Assembly: GCA_039798785.1 (NCBI GenBank)
Contig: JBDKFG010000001.1
Location: forward strand, 96,001 to 160,000
DNA: 64,000 bases
Origin: Verrucomicrobiota bacterium
Lineage (GTDB): Bacteria; Verrucomicrobiota; Lentisphaeria; Lentisphaerales; Lentisphaeraceae
Reading direction: 5' to 3'
The stretch's first letter is position 1. The number at the start of each line of letters is the position of its first letter. Under the pieces are notes generated by a model. The model searched no databases. It saw only the letters and a program-made list of their open reading frames with translations, and was not told the DNA's origin. Of the stretch, positions 10,672 through 19,866 are shown in pieces. The translations under genes were made by a program, and so were the position numbers.

Positions 10672-10883
10672 TTCAATCTGTGCAAGTCTCGAGATTCCCG
10701 TATCCTCATGCCCCGGAGGGGCGTCCAGAGGTCATCCGCGTCAATCACGCGCAGTCCCCTCGTTCGATGGGGCTCCGGTCGATTATCTTCCTTACCCAGG
10801 GTTTGCGACTCGTGCCTCGCGCTACACCTTGGGCTGACATCCGGCCGCCCCTCCAGGGCGCAATCAGACTTGCATAGGTCGAA
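10672..10883. repeat. REP/MITE-like palindromic intergenic element
   Basis: Outer inverted repeat 10672-10689/10866-10883 (15/18 match), inner inverted repeat 10710-10726/10843-10859 (15/17), and a CCCAGGGT...ACCTTGGG hairpin. Related to 14902-14997. Confidence 0.6.
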
Positions 10884-11097
10884 ATTATTTGTCTTATATG
10901 CTTTTTTCATGCCCGGGCACTCGTCGTCCAAGCGTGCTTGGGGTGGCAACTCCGTCGGGATAAGCGCCGGCGCAATGGTGATTCCGGTTCCGCGCAATCA
11001 GACAGGCTCCGGCCGGTTTTTTTCGTTCCTCTCCGGTGCAGCAGTGGCTATGGCATCTAAGGTGTGAGGATTCGCAACCATGAAGTCGAGGTCTCTC

Positions 11098-12375
11098 ATG
11101 TCCGTTTTCGAAATTGAAGGTGGAGTTCCCCTGCGCGGCACGGTCCGCGCCTCCGGCAACAAGAACGCCATTCTGCCGATGATCGCGGCCTGTCTGCTTA
11201 CCGATCAGGAGGTCGTCCTGGACAATGTGCCTGACATTGTCGACGTCCGGCACATGTTGGACGTTGTGATCGAGCTGGGCGGCAAGGTGGAGCGTTGCGG
11301 CGAGCGTCTCAGCATTCACGCTGCTTCCTTGAGCAAGAGCGAGATCAGCCGCGAGCTGTGCAACAAGGTGCGGACTTCGATCATGTTCGTCGCGCCGCTG
11401 CTGCACCGACTCGGCAAGGCGACGCTTTATCCTCCTGGCGGCGATGTCATCGGCCGCCGACGGCTCGATACCCACTATTATGGCCTGACCAAGCTAGGCG
11501 CCGAGGTCAAGCTGCACGCCAGCTATGATTTCGCGGTGCGTGGCGGACTGAAGGGTTCGGACATGTTCTTCGACGAGGCTTCGGTCACCGGTACCGAGCA
11601 CATCATGATGGCTGCGGCAATTGCCGAGGGGACCTCGATCATCCGCAACGCCGCTTGCGAGCCGCATGTCCAGGATCTGGCTCATCTGCTCAACAAGATG
11701 GGAGCGAAGATCTCCGGCATCGGCACCAATCAGCTGACGATCGAGGGCGCCCCTTCACTCAGAGGCGCGAGCCATCGCGTCTGCCATGACCATATCGAAG
11801 CCGCATCGTTCCTCGCCCTTGCGGCCGCCAGCGGCGGCGAGATCACCGTAGAGGGCACCGAGAAGCACGCCTATTGGATGACCCGCCGCGTCTTCGAGAC
11901 TCTCGGTGTCGATCTGGAGCTGCGCCACGACTCGATCTTCCTCTCGGCCAACCAGAAGCTCAAGGTGAACTCCGACTTCGACGGCTCGCTGCCGGTGATC
12001 GGCGACGGCCCCTGGCCGCAGTTCGCCTCCGACAAGATGAGCTGCATGATCACCCTCGCGACCCAGGTCCAGGGTTCCTGTCTCTTCTTCGAGAAGATGT
12101 TCGAATCGCGACTCTATTTCGTCGACCGCCTGATCGCGATGGGCGCCAACGCCGTCGTCTGCGACCCGCACCGCGTCGTCATCAGCGGCCGTTCGCGGCT
12201 GCGGGCCACCACCTTGCCATCGCCCGACATCCGCGCCGGCATGGCCCTGCTTGGCGCCGCGCTCTGTGCCACCGGTACCTCGCGGGTCCAGAATGCTGAG
12301 ATGATCGACCGCGGCTATGAGAAGGTCGAGCAGAAACTCCTCGCCCTTGGCGCGCGGATCAAGCGGATCAATTGA
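11098..12375 (+). CDS. murA: UDP-N-acetylglucosamine 1-carboxyvinyltransferase
   Basis: SGNKNAILP, PGGDVIGRRRLDTH, SVTGTEH, NAACEPHV, MFESR, DIRAG, IDRGYE. Confidence 0.96.
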   Translation: MSVFEIEGGVPLRGTVRASGNKNAILPMIAACLLTDQEVVLDNVPDIVDVRHMLDVVIELGGKVERCGERLSIHAASLSKSEISRELCNKVRTSIMFVAPLLHRLGKATLYPPGGDVIGRRRLDTHYYGLTKLGAEVKLHASYDFAVRGGLKGSDMFFDEASVTGTEHIMMAAAIAEGTSIIRNAACEPHVQDLAHLLNKMGAKISGIGTNQLTIEGAPSLRGASHRVCHDHIEAASFLALAAASGGEITVEGTEKHAYWMTRRVFETLGVDLELRHDSIFLSANQKLKVNSDFDGSLPVIGDGPWPQFASDKMSCMITLATQVQGSCLFFEKMFESRLYFVDRLIAMGANAVVCDPHRVVISGRSRLRATTLPSPDIRAGMALLGAALCATGTSRVQNAEMIDRGYEKVEQKLLALGARIKRIN

Positions 12376-12382
12376 GACCGCA

Positions 12383-12497
12383 GGAACCGGGTTGATAAGG
12401 TTGAAAGCCGAGCTGCTGAGCCCTGACTCAGATTCCGTTCGAATCTCCCTGCTGCTCTCCTCTCAACCTCACAACCTTTCAACTCAACCTCTCAACC
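12383..12497 (+). repeat. Intergenic repeat with a GGAACCGGGTTGA..AAGGTTGA head and a TCAACC-rich tail
   Basis: Aligns by eye with the reverse complement of 47798-47940. Confidence 0.6.
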
Positions 12498-12989
12498 TTG
12501 AGGCCCAGCTTGGAACTCCAAGAAAAACGCAAGGCGGTTTTCATTCGCGCCCTCATCGTCAGCATCTTCGTCGTCGCCATCGTGGCCGCAGCCTTGGTGT
12601 CGTGGATTCTGATGAGGCATTCGAAGTCGCTCGACGAGAAGTTTGTCGCACGTCAGGGACCGAGCAGCGACCTGAAAGCGGATCTTGCAGCGATGTGGAA
12701 GCTGGCGCCCAATCCTTCGGTGTTGGAGAAGACGCAGGTCTCTCCGGCCTCTGCCGCGAATGCCGCGGGAAGGGTGATGAAGAGCCTCGAGTCCGAATTG
12801 CTCGGCAAGACTCTTGACGAGGTCAAGGAGCGGCTCGGCTTTCCTGAGGGATGGAGCACTGCGACCTGTCCTCGTCCTTTCCACAACGGCATGCTGACTT
12901 TTGACAACGGCCGCTACGGACTCACCTTCGTCTTCGTCCTCGGAGCCGAGCGGCGCGTCACCAAGATCATTCCAAGCGTCCAGAACTGA
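12498..12989 (+). CDS. Hypothetical single-pass membrane protein
   Basis: N-terminal hydrophobic helix (FIRALIVSIFVVAIVAAALVSWILM). LLGKTLDEVKERLGFP loosely resembles SmpA/BamE-like folds. TTG start is uncertain. Confidence 0.65.
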   Translation: MRPSLELQEKRKAVFIRALIVSIFVVAIVAAALVSWILMRHSKSLDEKFVARQGPSSDLKADLAAMWKLAPNPSVLEKTQVSPASAANAAGRVMKSLESELLGKTLDEVKERLGFPEGWSTATCPRPFHNGMLTFDNGRYGLTFVFVLGAERRVTKIIPSVQN

Positions 12990-13002
12990 GGGGGGGGCGA
13001 TC

Positions 13003-13596
13003 ATGGCCGACGAACTTAGCGATTCCGACATCGTCGCCGCTTGCAAGGAGGGGCGAGAGGACTTGTATCCCAAGTTGATCGAGCGGCACTGGGCGAAGGC
13101 CTTCCAGATCGCCTATGGCATCCTCCAGGACCGGCAGGACGCTGAGGAGGTGGTCCAGGATTCCTTCATCAAGATGTACCGGGTCCTGCAGTCCTTCCGT
13201 GGCGACGCCATGTTCACCACCTGGATGTTCCGCATCGTCACCAATTACGCCAAGAACAAATACCGATGGAACCGTTGCCGGGGCTCCAAGGTGAATGTCT
13301 CGATCAACGCCGGCATCGAGGGCAAGGACGGCAGCACTCTGGTGCCTGAGCTGCCGGGAAGTGACGAGGGGCCAGGCGCGACGTCGAGCATGCGCGAGCT
13401 GGAGGAGGGGGTTTGGCGGCATCTCGAGAAGATCACGCCTCTCTACCGCGAGGTGCTGATCATGCGCAACGTCGAGAACCGCAGCTATGAGGACATCGCC
13501 CAGATCCTCGATTGCAAGATCGGCACGGTGAAGTCGCGGATCGCTCGCGGCCGGGAGGAATTGCGGGAGCTCTTGGAGAAGAATCAGCTTCTGTGA
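13003..13596 (+). CDS. ECF-type RNA polymerase sigma-70 factor
   Basis: Region 2 DAEEVVQDSFIK..F.TWMFRIVTN and region 4 SYEDIAQIL..GTVKSRIARGR. Confidence 0.93.
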   Translation: MADELSDSDIVAACKEGREDLYPKLIERHWAKAFQIAYGILQDRQDAEEVVQDSFIKMYRVLQSFRGDAMFTTWMFRIVTNYAKNKYRWNRCRGSKVNVSINAGIEGKDGSTLVPELPGSDEGPGATSSMRELEEGVWRHLEKITPLYREVLIMRNVENRSYEDIAQILDCKIGTVKSRIARGREELRELLEKNQLL

Positions 13597-13663
13597 GGTT
13601 GGTAAAAGCGCCGAGGCGCGGAAGATTTTCCAGCCGCTCTCAAAACAAACCTGGAGTCCAGCC

Positions 13664-14380
13664 ATGTTCAAGATGACCGCCGCCGCCCTTTCGCTCGCCG
13701 CCTTCGCCGTTTTCGCCGAAGAGTCCAAGGCTCCCGCCGACGCCAAGCCCCTCGCAACCGATCCCCTCAAGAAGGAAAACAAGATGTCCATCGAAGAAGC
13801 CACCAAGCTCCTCTCCTACGCCAACGGCTTCATGATCGGCCAGCAAGCCAAGAGTCAGGGCCTCCCGGTCAACCTTGAGGCTTTCGCCGAAGGCCTGAAA
13901 GTCGCCACTGAAGGCGGCAAGATGCCTTACGAGCAGGAGCAGCTTGAAGCAGCCTATGCCATCTTGCAGAACGCCGCCAAGGCCAAGGCCGATGCCGCCA
14001 AGGCCGCGGTCGCCGGCGAACTCAAGGAGTTCCTCGCCAAGAAGGATCTGAAGAGCACCGATTCCGGCCTCAAGTACCAGGTCATCACCGAAGGCAAGGG
14101 TGACAGCCCGAAAGCCACCAGCCAAGTCAAAGTCCACTACACCGGCTGGCTCACCGACGGCACCAAGTTCGACTCCAGCGTCGACCGCGGCGAACCCGCC
14201 ACCTTCGGCCTCAACCAGGTCATCGCCGGCTGGACCGAAGGCGTCCAGCTGATGAAGCCCGGCTCCAAGTTCCGCTTCTTCATTCCCTGGAAGCTCGCCT
14301 ACGGCGAACAAGGCGGCGGCCCGATCCCTGGCAAATCCGACCTGATCTTCGATGTCGAACTCCTAGAAATCGTCAAGTAA
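13664..14380 (+). CDS. FKBP-type peptidyl-prolyl isomerase with signal peptide and N-terminal dimerisation domain (FkpA/FklB/Mip-like)
   Basis: LSYANG, SGLKYQV, VHYTG..DGTKFDSS, VIAGWTEG, LAYG, LIFDVEL. Confidence 0.93.
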   Translation: MFKMTAAALSLAAFAVFAEESKAPADAKPLATDPLKKENKMSIEEATKLLSYANGFMIGQQAKSQGLPVNLEAFAEGLKVATEGGKMPYEQEQLEAAYAILQNAAKAKADAAKAAVAGELKEFLAKKDLKSTDSGLKYQVITEGKGDSPKATSQVKVHYTGWLTDGTKFDSSVDRGEPATFGLNQVIAGWTEGVQLMKPGSKFRFFIPWKLAYGEQGGGPIPGKSDLIFDVELLEIVK

Positions 14381-14390
14381 GGTTGATGCC

Positions 14391-14732
14391 ATGGCTGAGA
14401 TCACCACAGCAAGCGGCTTGAAGATCGAGCACCTCGTCACAGGCGCCGGGCCCAGCCCGAAGGCCAACAGCGTCGTCGTCGTCCACTACACCGGCTGGCT
14501 CGCCGACGGCAGCAAGTTCGACTCCTCTCTCGATCGCGGCGCCCCGGCGGAATTCCCGCTCTCCGGCGTCATCAAGGGTTGGACCGAGGGCCTGCAGCTG
14601 ATGAAGCTTGGTGGCAAAGCCAAGCTCACGCTGCCTGCCAGCCTCGGCTACGGCGCCCGCGGCGCCGGTGGCCTGATCCCCCCCAACGCCACCTTGGTCT
14701 TCGAAGTCGAGCTCATCGACATCAAGGGCTGA
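14391..14732 (+). CDS. Single-domain FKBP-type peptidyl-prolyl isomerase
   Basis: VHYTGWL.DGSKFDSS, VIKGWTEG, LGYG, IPPNATLVFEVEL. Confidence 0.95.
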   Translation: MAEITTASGLKIEHLVTGAGPSPKANSVVVVHYTGWLADGSKFDSSLDRGAPAEFPLSGVIKGWTEGLQLMKLGGKAKLTLPASLGYGARGAGGLIPPNATLVFEVELIDIKG

Positions 14733-14750
14733 GACCAGCACCAATCGAAA

Positions 14751-14789
14751 CGCCGCCGCTTCCTCCGGGATGCGGCGGCGCCTTTTTTT
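14751..14789 (+). terminator. Rho-independent terminator after the FKBP pair
   Basis: CGCCGCCGC..GCGGCGGCG stem followed by a run of seven T. Confidence 0.8.
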
Positions 14790-14901
14790 CGTCCCGGCAG
14801 AGCGGCCAAATTTCACCACGAAAGACACGAAACACACGAAAGGAGCTTTTTCTGGCGAGCTTCAGTCTGTACAAATGTGACGCCTGCATCAGAGCCTCCG
14901 T

Positions 14902-14997
14902 GACCCCCTGTGGGGTCCCATCTCATAACTCTTTCATTCCCAGGGTATCGCCGATGCGGCTCAACCCTGGGCTAAAATCCCCGACTCCTTTGGAGTC
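14902..14997. repeat. REP-like three-hairpin element
   Basis: Hairpins GACCCCCTGTGGGGTC, CCCAGGGT..ACCCTGGG and GACTCCTTTGGAGTC. Same layout as the core of 10672-10883. Confidence 0.55.
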
Positions 14998-15042
14998 CAA
15001 CACAAATTGAGCTCAAAATACTTCAGATCTGGATTCACGATG

Positions 15043-16290
<1,248 letters not shown>

Positions 16291-17127
16291 TCAGCGGGCC
16301 TCCTGGGCGGCGGGATCGGCCTTGGGAGCGGCCTTGGGGCCAGGGGCCTGGCCTGAGGGGCAGAAGCTGATGAATAGGAAGAAGAGTAGGTAGCCGGCGA
16401 AGAGGAAGGTGGCGGCGCGGGCGAGGGCGCGCGGGCCGACCTGGCGGGAGTAGGAGAGTATGAAGAGGGATGTGTAGGCCATCCACATCACCAGGCCGGC
16501 GATGATTTTGGGATTGCCGATCTGCTCCCAGGGCTTGGGCATGATGAGGAGCGAGAGGAGGATGCCGGAGCTCATAGCGGCCCAACCGAGGTTGAAGCTC
16601 AGGTCGAGACTGGCATGGAGCTTTTCCAAGGGCGGCAGGGCGGCGTCGAGGGCGTTCGGACTGTGGGCTTTCAGGGCCCGCACCTTGCGGATGTAGAGGA
16701 TGCCGAGAGCGCAGGCGAGGGCGACGAGGGCGAAGCTGAGGATCACCAGGCCGACGTGGATGATGACCAGTGTCTTGTCGCCGGCGGGAGCCTTGAGCAG
16801 GCGTTCGTCGGCCAGTAGGGAGAAGAAGTGAAGGAGGAGAACTCCGGGCAGGAAGAAGGCGCCGAGAATGCGCGAGCGGGTGCGGAACTCGGCGAAGAAG
16901 TACACTGCCAGCATGATCCAGCAGGCGCTGCTGGTGGTGCTCGGCAGGGCGCCGTGCCTGATCAAGTCGCTGCCCATCTCCAGGCTCAGCAGCAGGAGGG
17001 CCGCGAGGCTGGCGAAGGTGCCGAAAATGAATCCGCTGCGGCCGCGGCGGGCGGCGTGCAGAGTGAAGCCGCTGACCCCGATGGTGAGGCAGAGGAAGAT
17101 CAGTACCGAGAGGATCTCGCGTGTCAT
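16291..17127 (-). CDS. Cytochrome c assembly protein (CcsA/YpjD family)
   Basis: About 8 hydrophobic segments, IIHV, LPPLEKL and W...NPK. Immediately upstream of hemA, a common pairing. Confidence 0.8.
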   Translation of the reverse strand: MTREILSVLIFLCLTIGVSGFTLHAARRGRSGFIFGTFASLAALLLLSLEMGSDLIRHGALPSTTSSACWIMLAVYFFAEFRTRSRILGAFFLPGVLLLHFFSLLADERLLKAPAGDKTLVIIHVGLVILSFALVALACALGILYIRKVRALKAHSPNALDAALPPLEKLHASLDLSFNLGWAAMSSGILLSLLIMPKPWEQIGNPKIIAGLVMWMAYTSLFILSYSRQVGPRALARAATFLFAGYLLFFLFISFCPSGQAPGPKAAPKADPAAQEAR

Positions 17128-17267
17128 GGTGCAGTTTTTCCGCTAGCGTTGAATCCCATAGTCGACATGATTCCCTGCAAGATGCAAACCGAAAATCGCG
17201 GCGCGGGTGCAATTCCGGGCTGACATGTCATCTTGCCGGCGTTCAAACAACGTGACGGAGAAGATTC

Positions 17268-17873
17268 ATGGCCGCTAGCTATCTGACCAGCCTCGGCGAC
17301 AAGGCGCAGCTCGAGGAGCTGATTGTTGACGGCAAACTCGCCGGACGCAGCGAGCCGCGCGTCCTCGTCGTCGGCCGCTCGAACGTCGGCAAGAGTTCGC
17401 TGATCAACGCCCTGGTGCGCGACGAGATCGCCCACGTGTCGAAGCAGCCGGGCAAGACCCGCAAGCTCAATTTCTTCCTCGCACCCAGTCTCCGCAAGGT
17501 GATTGTCGACCTCCCGGGCTACGGTTTCGCCAAGCGCTCGCCAGCGGAGATCCAGCTCTGGGCCGACCTGATTCAGTCCTACTCCGAACGCGACCCCAAC
17601 ATCGGCATGGCGATCGTCCTCACCGACAGCCGCCACGGACCGACCGAGCAGGACCTCGAAGCCTGGGCTTATTTCCACTCGCTTCATCTTCCTCGCATCC
17701 TGGTCCTGACCAAGTCGGACGAGCTGAACCAGAAGGAGCGCTTCGCCCGCAAGAAGGAGATCGAGGCGATGCTCGCCCAGATGCCAGGAGCCTTCCTCTC
17801 GGTGCACTGGGTTTCCGCCAAGAAGGGAGACGGCATGCTGGACCTCTTCAAATGCGTCAAGGAATGGCTTTGA
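17268..17873 (+). CDS. engB: Ribosome biogenesis GTPase YihA/YsxC
   Basis: GRSNVGKSSLIN, SKQPGKT, DLPGYG, DSRH, TKSD, VSA. Confidence 0.93.
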   Translation: MAASYLTSLGDKAQLEELIVDGKLAGRSEPRVLVVGRSNVGKSSLINALVRDEIAHVSKQPGKTRKLNFFLAPSLRKVIVDLPGYGFAKRSPAEIQLWADLIQSYSERDPNIGMAIVLTDSRHGPTEQDLEAWAYFHSLHLPRILVLTKSDELNQKERFARKKEIEAMLAQMPGAFLSVHWVSAKKGDGMLDLFKCVKEWL

Positions 17874-17911
17874 TCCTGGATTCAAGATTCAAGATTCAAG
17901 ATTTATGGCGC

Positions 17912-17955
17912 TGAACGCTGCAGCCCCGGCAGGAATGCCGGGGCTGCAGCGTTCA
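17912..17955. terminator. Perfect 20-bp stem with a GGAA loop between convergent genes
   Basis: TGAACGCTGCAGCCCCGGCA-GGAA-TGCCGGGGCTGCAGCGTTCA. No U-tract, so the terminator role is inferred from position. Confidence 0.6.
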
Positions 17956-17969
17956 CAGAAGCTCAGGAT

Positions 17970-18983
17970 TCAGTTCTGCACCGGCTTGAGGAAGGTGATG
18001 CGGCCGGTGAGGTTCCAGTCCTGGACGATGATGTTGCCGTCGCGGTCGAAGAGGACGCCGTGGGGCGAGCCGAAGACGCCTTCGGGAATGTCGGCGGGGG
18101 CGACGTTGTTGGTCGCCCACTGCTTGCGATTGGGGTTGTCGCCGAGGATGGAGACGACCTTGTTGTCCTTGTCGAGGATGACGACACGGGATTCGAGCTC
18201 GGCGACGGCGACCAGGTCGCCGCGGATCGAAACGGCGCAGGGGCGGCGCAGGTTCTCGGTGAGCACCTTGAGGAACTTCCCATCGAGGTCGAAGTGGCTG
18301 AGGCGGCGGTTTTCGCGGTCGCAGACAAGGAGCTTCTCGACGCCGTCGCGCTTATCGATGGCAAGGCCGTGGCAGGTCTGGGTCTTGCCCTCCTCTCTGC
18401 CGCGGCCGGAGAAGGTCTTGAGCAGCTTGCCGGCGGAGTCGAGCTTGAAGATGCGGGAGCTGCCGTAGCCGTCGGCAGCGAAGATCGAGCCGTTTGAACT
18501 CACCGCCACGGCGGTCGGGTTCCAGTTGCCGTCGGGAGCGCCGATGGTGAGGAGGATCTTGCCTTCCAGGTCGAATTTGACGATGCGCTTCTTGCTCAGC
18601 TGGGCGGCGTAGATCACTTCGGTGCCGTTCTCCTCGCATAAAACCATGCCGTGAATGCCGGCGAGCTCCTTGCCGAGGGTCTTGAGGCACTTGCCGGCCT
18701 TGTCGAAGACGAGCATCCCGACGGCTTCGGCGTCGGAAGAGACATAATATTGGCCGGCCTTGTCCTGGACGATTGAGCCGTGCAGAGGGCCGAACTGCTT
18801 GACGCCTTCGGGAAGCTGGGCCCAGCCGGGGACGGTGGTGAAAAGCAGTTTGTCCTGGCCAGTGGTTACTGCGACGCTGGCGGCGGCGGCCTGGCCGGGA
18901 GCGGCGTGAACGGGGCTGTCGTCGTGGGCGATGGCGCTGTGGGAGAGACCGGCGGCGAGGAAGAGTGCTGCGAAGGACTTCAT
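17970..18983 (-). CDS. Secreted NHL-repeat six-bladed beta-propeller protein
   Basis: Signal peptide MKSFAALFLAAGLSHSAIA. Repeats PTAVAV..ADGYG, CHGLAID..CDREN.R and SPHG..FD.DGNI. Confidence 0.85.
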   Translation of the reverse strand: MKSFAALFLAAGLSHSAIAHDDSPVHAAPGQAAAASVAVTTGQDKLLFTTVPGWAQLPEGVKQFGPLHGSIVQDKAGQYYVSSDAEAVGMLVFDKAGKCLKTLGKELAGIHGMVLCEENGTEVIYAAQLSKKRIVKFDLEGKILLTIGAPDGNWNPTAVAVSSNGSIFAADGYGSSRIFKLDSAGKLLKTFSGRGREEGKTQTCHGLAIDKRDGVEKLLVCDRENRRLSHFDLDGKFLKVLTENLRRPCAVSIRGDLVAVAELESRVVILDKDNKVVSILGDNPNRKQWATNNVAPADIPEGVFGSPHGVLFDRDGNIIVQDWNLTGRITFLKPVQN

Positions 18984-19146
18984 GAGGAGACTCCTGAGAG
19001 GTTGTTGTCGGATCTTGACCGGGATAAGATGACGCGCATCGGCGAAAGTTCCGCTGCTTTCATTGGTGAAATCGCTTTTTTTAACTTGCCATCGATCCGT
19101 GATTGAGTCTAGACTGGAAGAGGGCAGCCCCGATAAGGAGAGCGAG

Positions 19147-19857
19147 ATGAAAGCGAAGAAAATACACAAGACCTTGGCGATCGATATCGGCGGCACTGGT
19201 CTGAAGGCCTGTCTGCTGGACGAGGAAGGCGAGATGATGACTGAGAAGGTGCGACTTGACACGCCGGAGGACTGTCCGCCTGCGGAGATGCTGAAGCTTC
19301 TGGCAGAGCTGGTCAAGCCTCTGGGAGTATTTGACCGGGTGTCGCTCGGCTTTCCCGGAGTGGTGCGGGGCGGCCGCATTCTCAGCGCCGCCAATCTAGG
19401 CGAGAAGCCTTGGCTGGGCTTCGAGCTGGGGGCAGCCTTGGAATCAGCACTGGGCAAGCCGGTGAAGGTGATGAACGACGCCGACGTGCAGGGACTCGGG
19501 GCGATCAGCGGCAAAGGCGTCGAGATGGTGATCACCCTCGGCACTGGCTTCGGCTCCAGTCTTTTCGAGGACGGCCGTCTTTGTGCTCATCTCGAGCTCG
19601 CCCACCATCCCTTCCGCAAGGGCGAGACCTACGAGCAGCAGCTCGGCAAGCTGGCGCTGAAAGCCGTCGGCGAATCCCGTTGGAACCGCCGGGTCGAGAA
19701 GGCCATCGGCACCCTCCGGGGCCTGACTTATTTCGACCGTCTGTACATCGGCGGCGGCAACGCCAAGAAGATCAGCTTCAAGCTGCCTCCCGATGTCAGC
19801 TTGGTTTCCAACGAGCTCGGCATGCGCGGCGGCATCTGGCTGTGGAAGTCGCGTTGA
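19147..19857 (+). CDS. ROK family kinase (polyphosphate glucokinase-like)
   Basis: AIDIGGTGLK, GFPG, NDAD, TLGTGFGS, ELAH, IGGG. Confidence 0.88.
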   Translation: MKAKKIHKTLAIDIGGTGLKACLLDEEGEMMTEKVRLDTPEDCPPAEMLKLLAELVKPLGVFDRVSLGFPGVVRGGRILSAANLGEKPWLGFELGAALESALGKPVKVMNDADVQGLGAISGKGVEMVITLGTGFGSSLFEDGRLCAHLELAHHPFRKGETYEQQLGKLALKAVGESRWNRRVEKAIGTLRGLTYFDRLYIGGGNAKKISFKLPPDVSLVSNELGMRGGIWLWKSR

Positions 19858-19866
19858 TCTGAGCCG

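Noticed and set aside
10551..10997. N-terminal extension of the gluconolactonase ORF and small ORFs in this gap
   Set aside because: The extension runs through the palindromic element. The signal peptide begins at the ATG at 10550.
18984..19544. N-terminal extension of the NHL-repeat ORF
   Set aside because: It overlaps the ROK gene on the opposite strand. The signal peptide starts at 18983.
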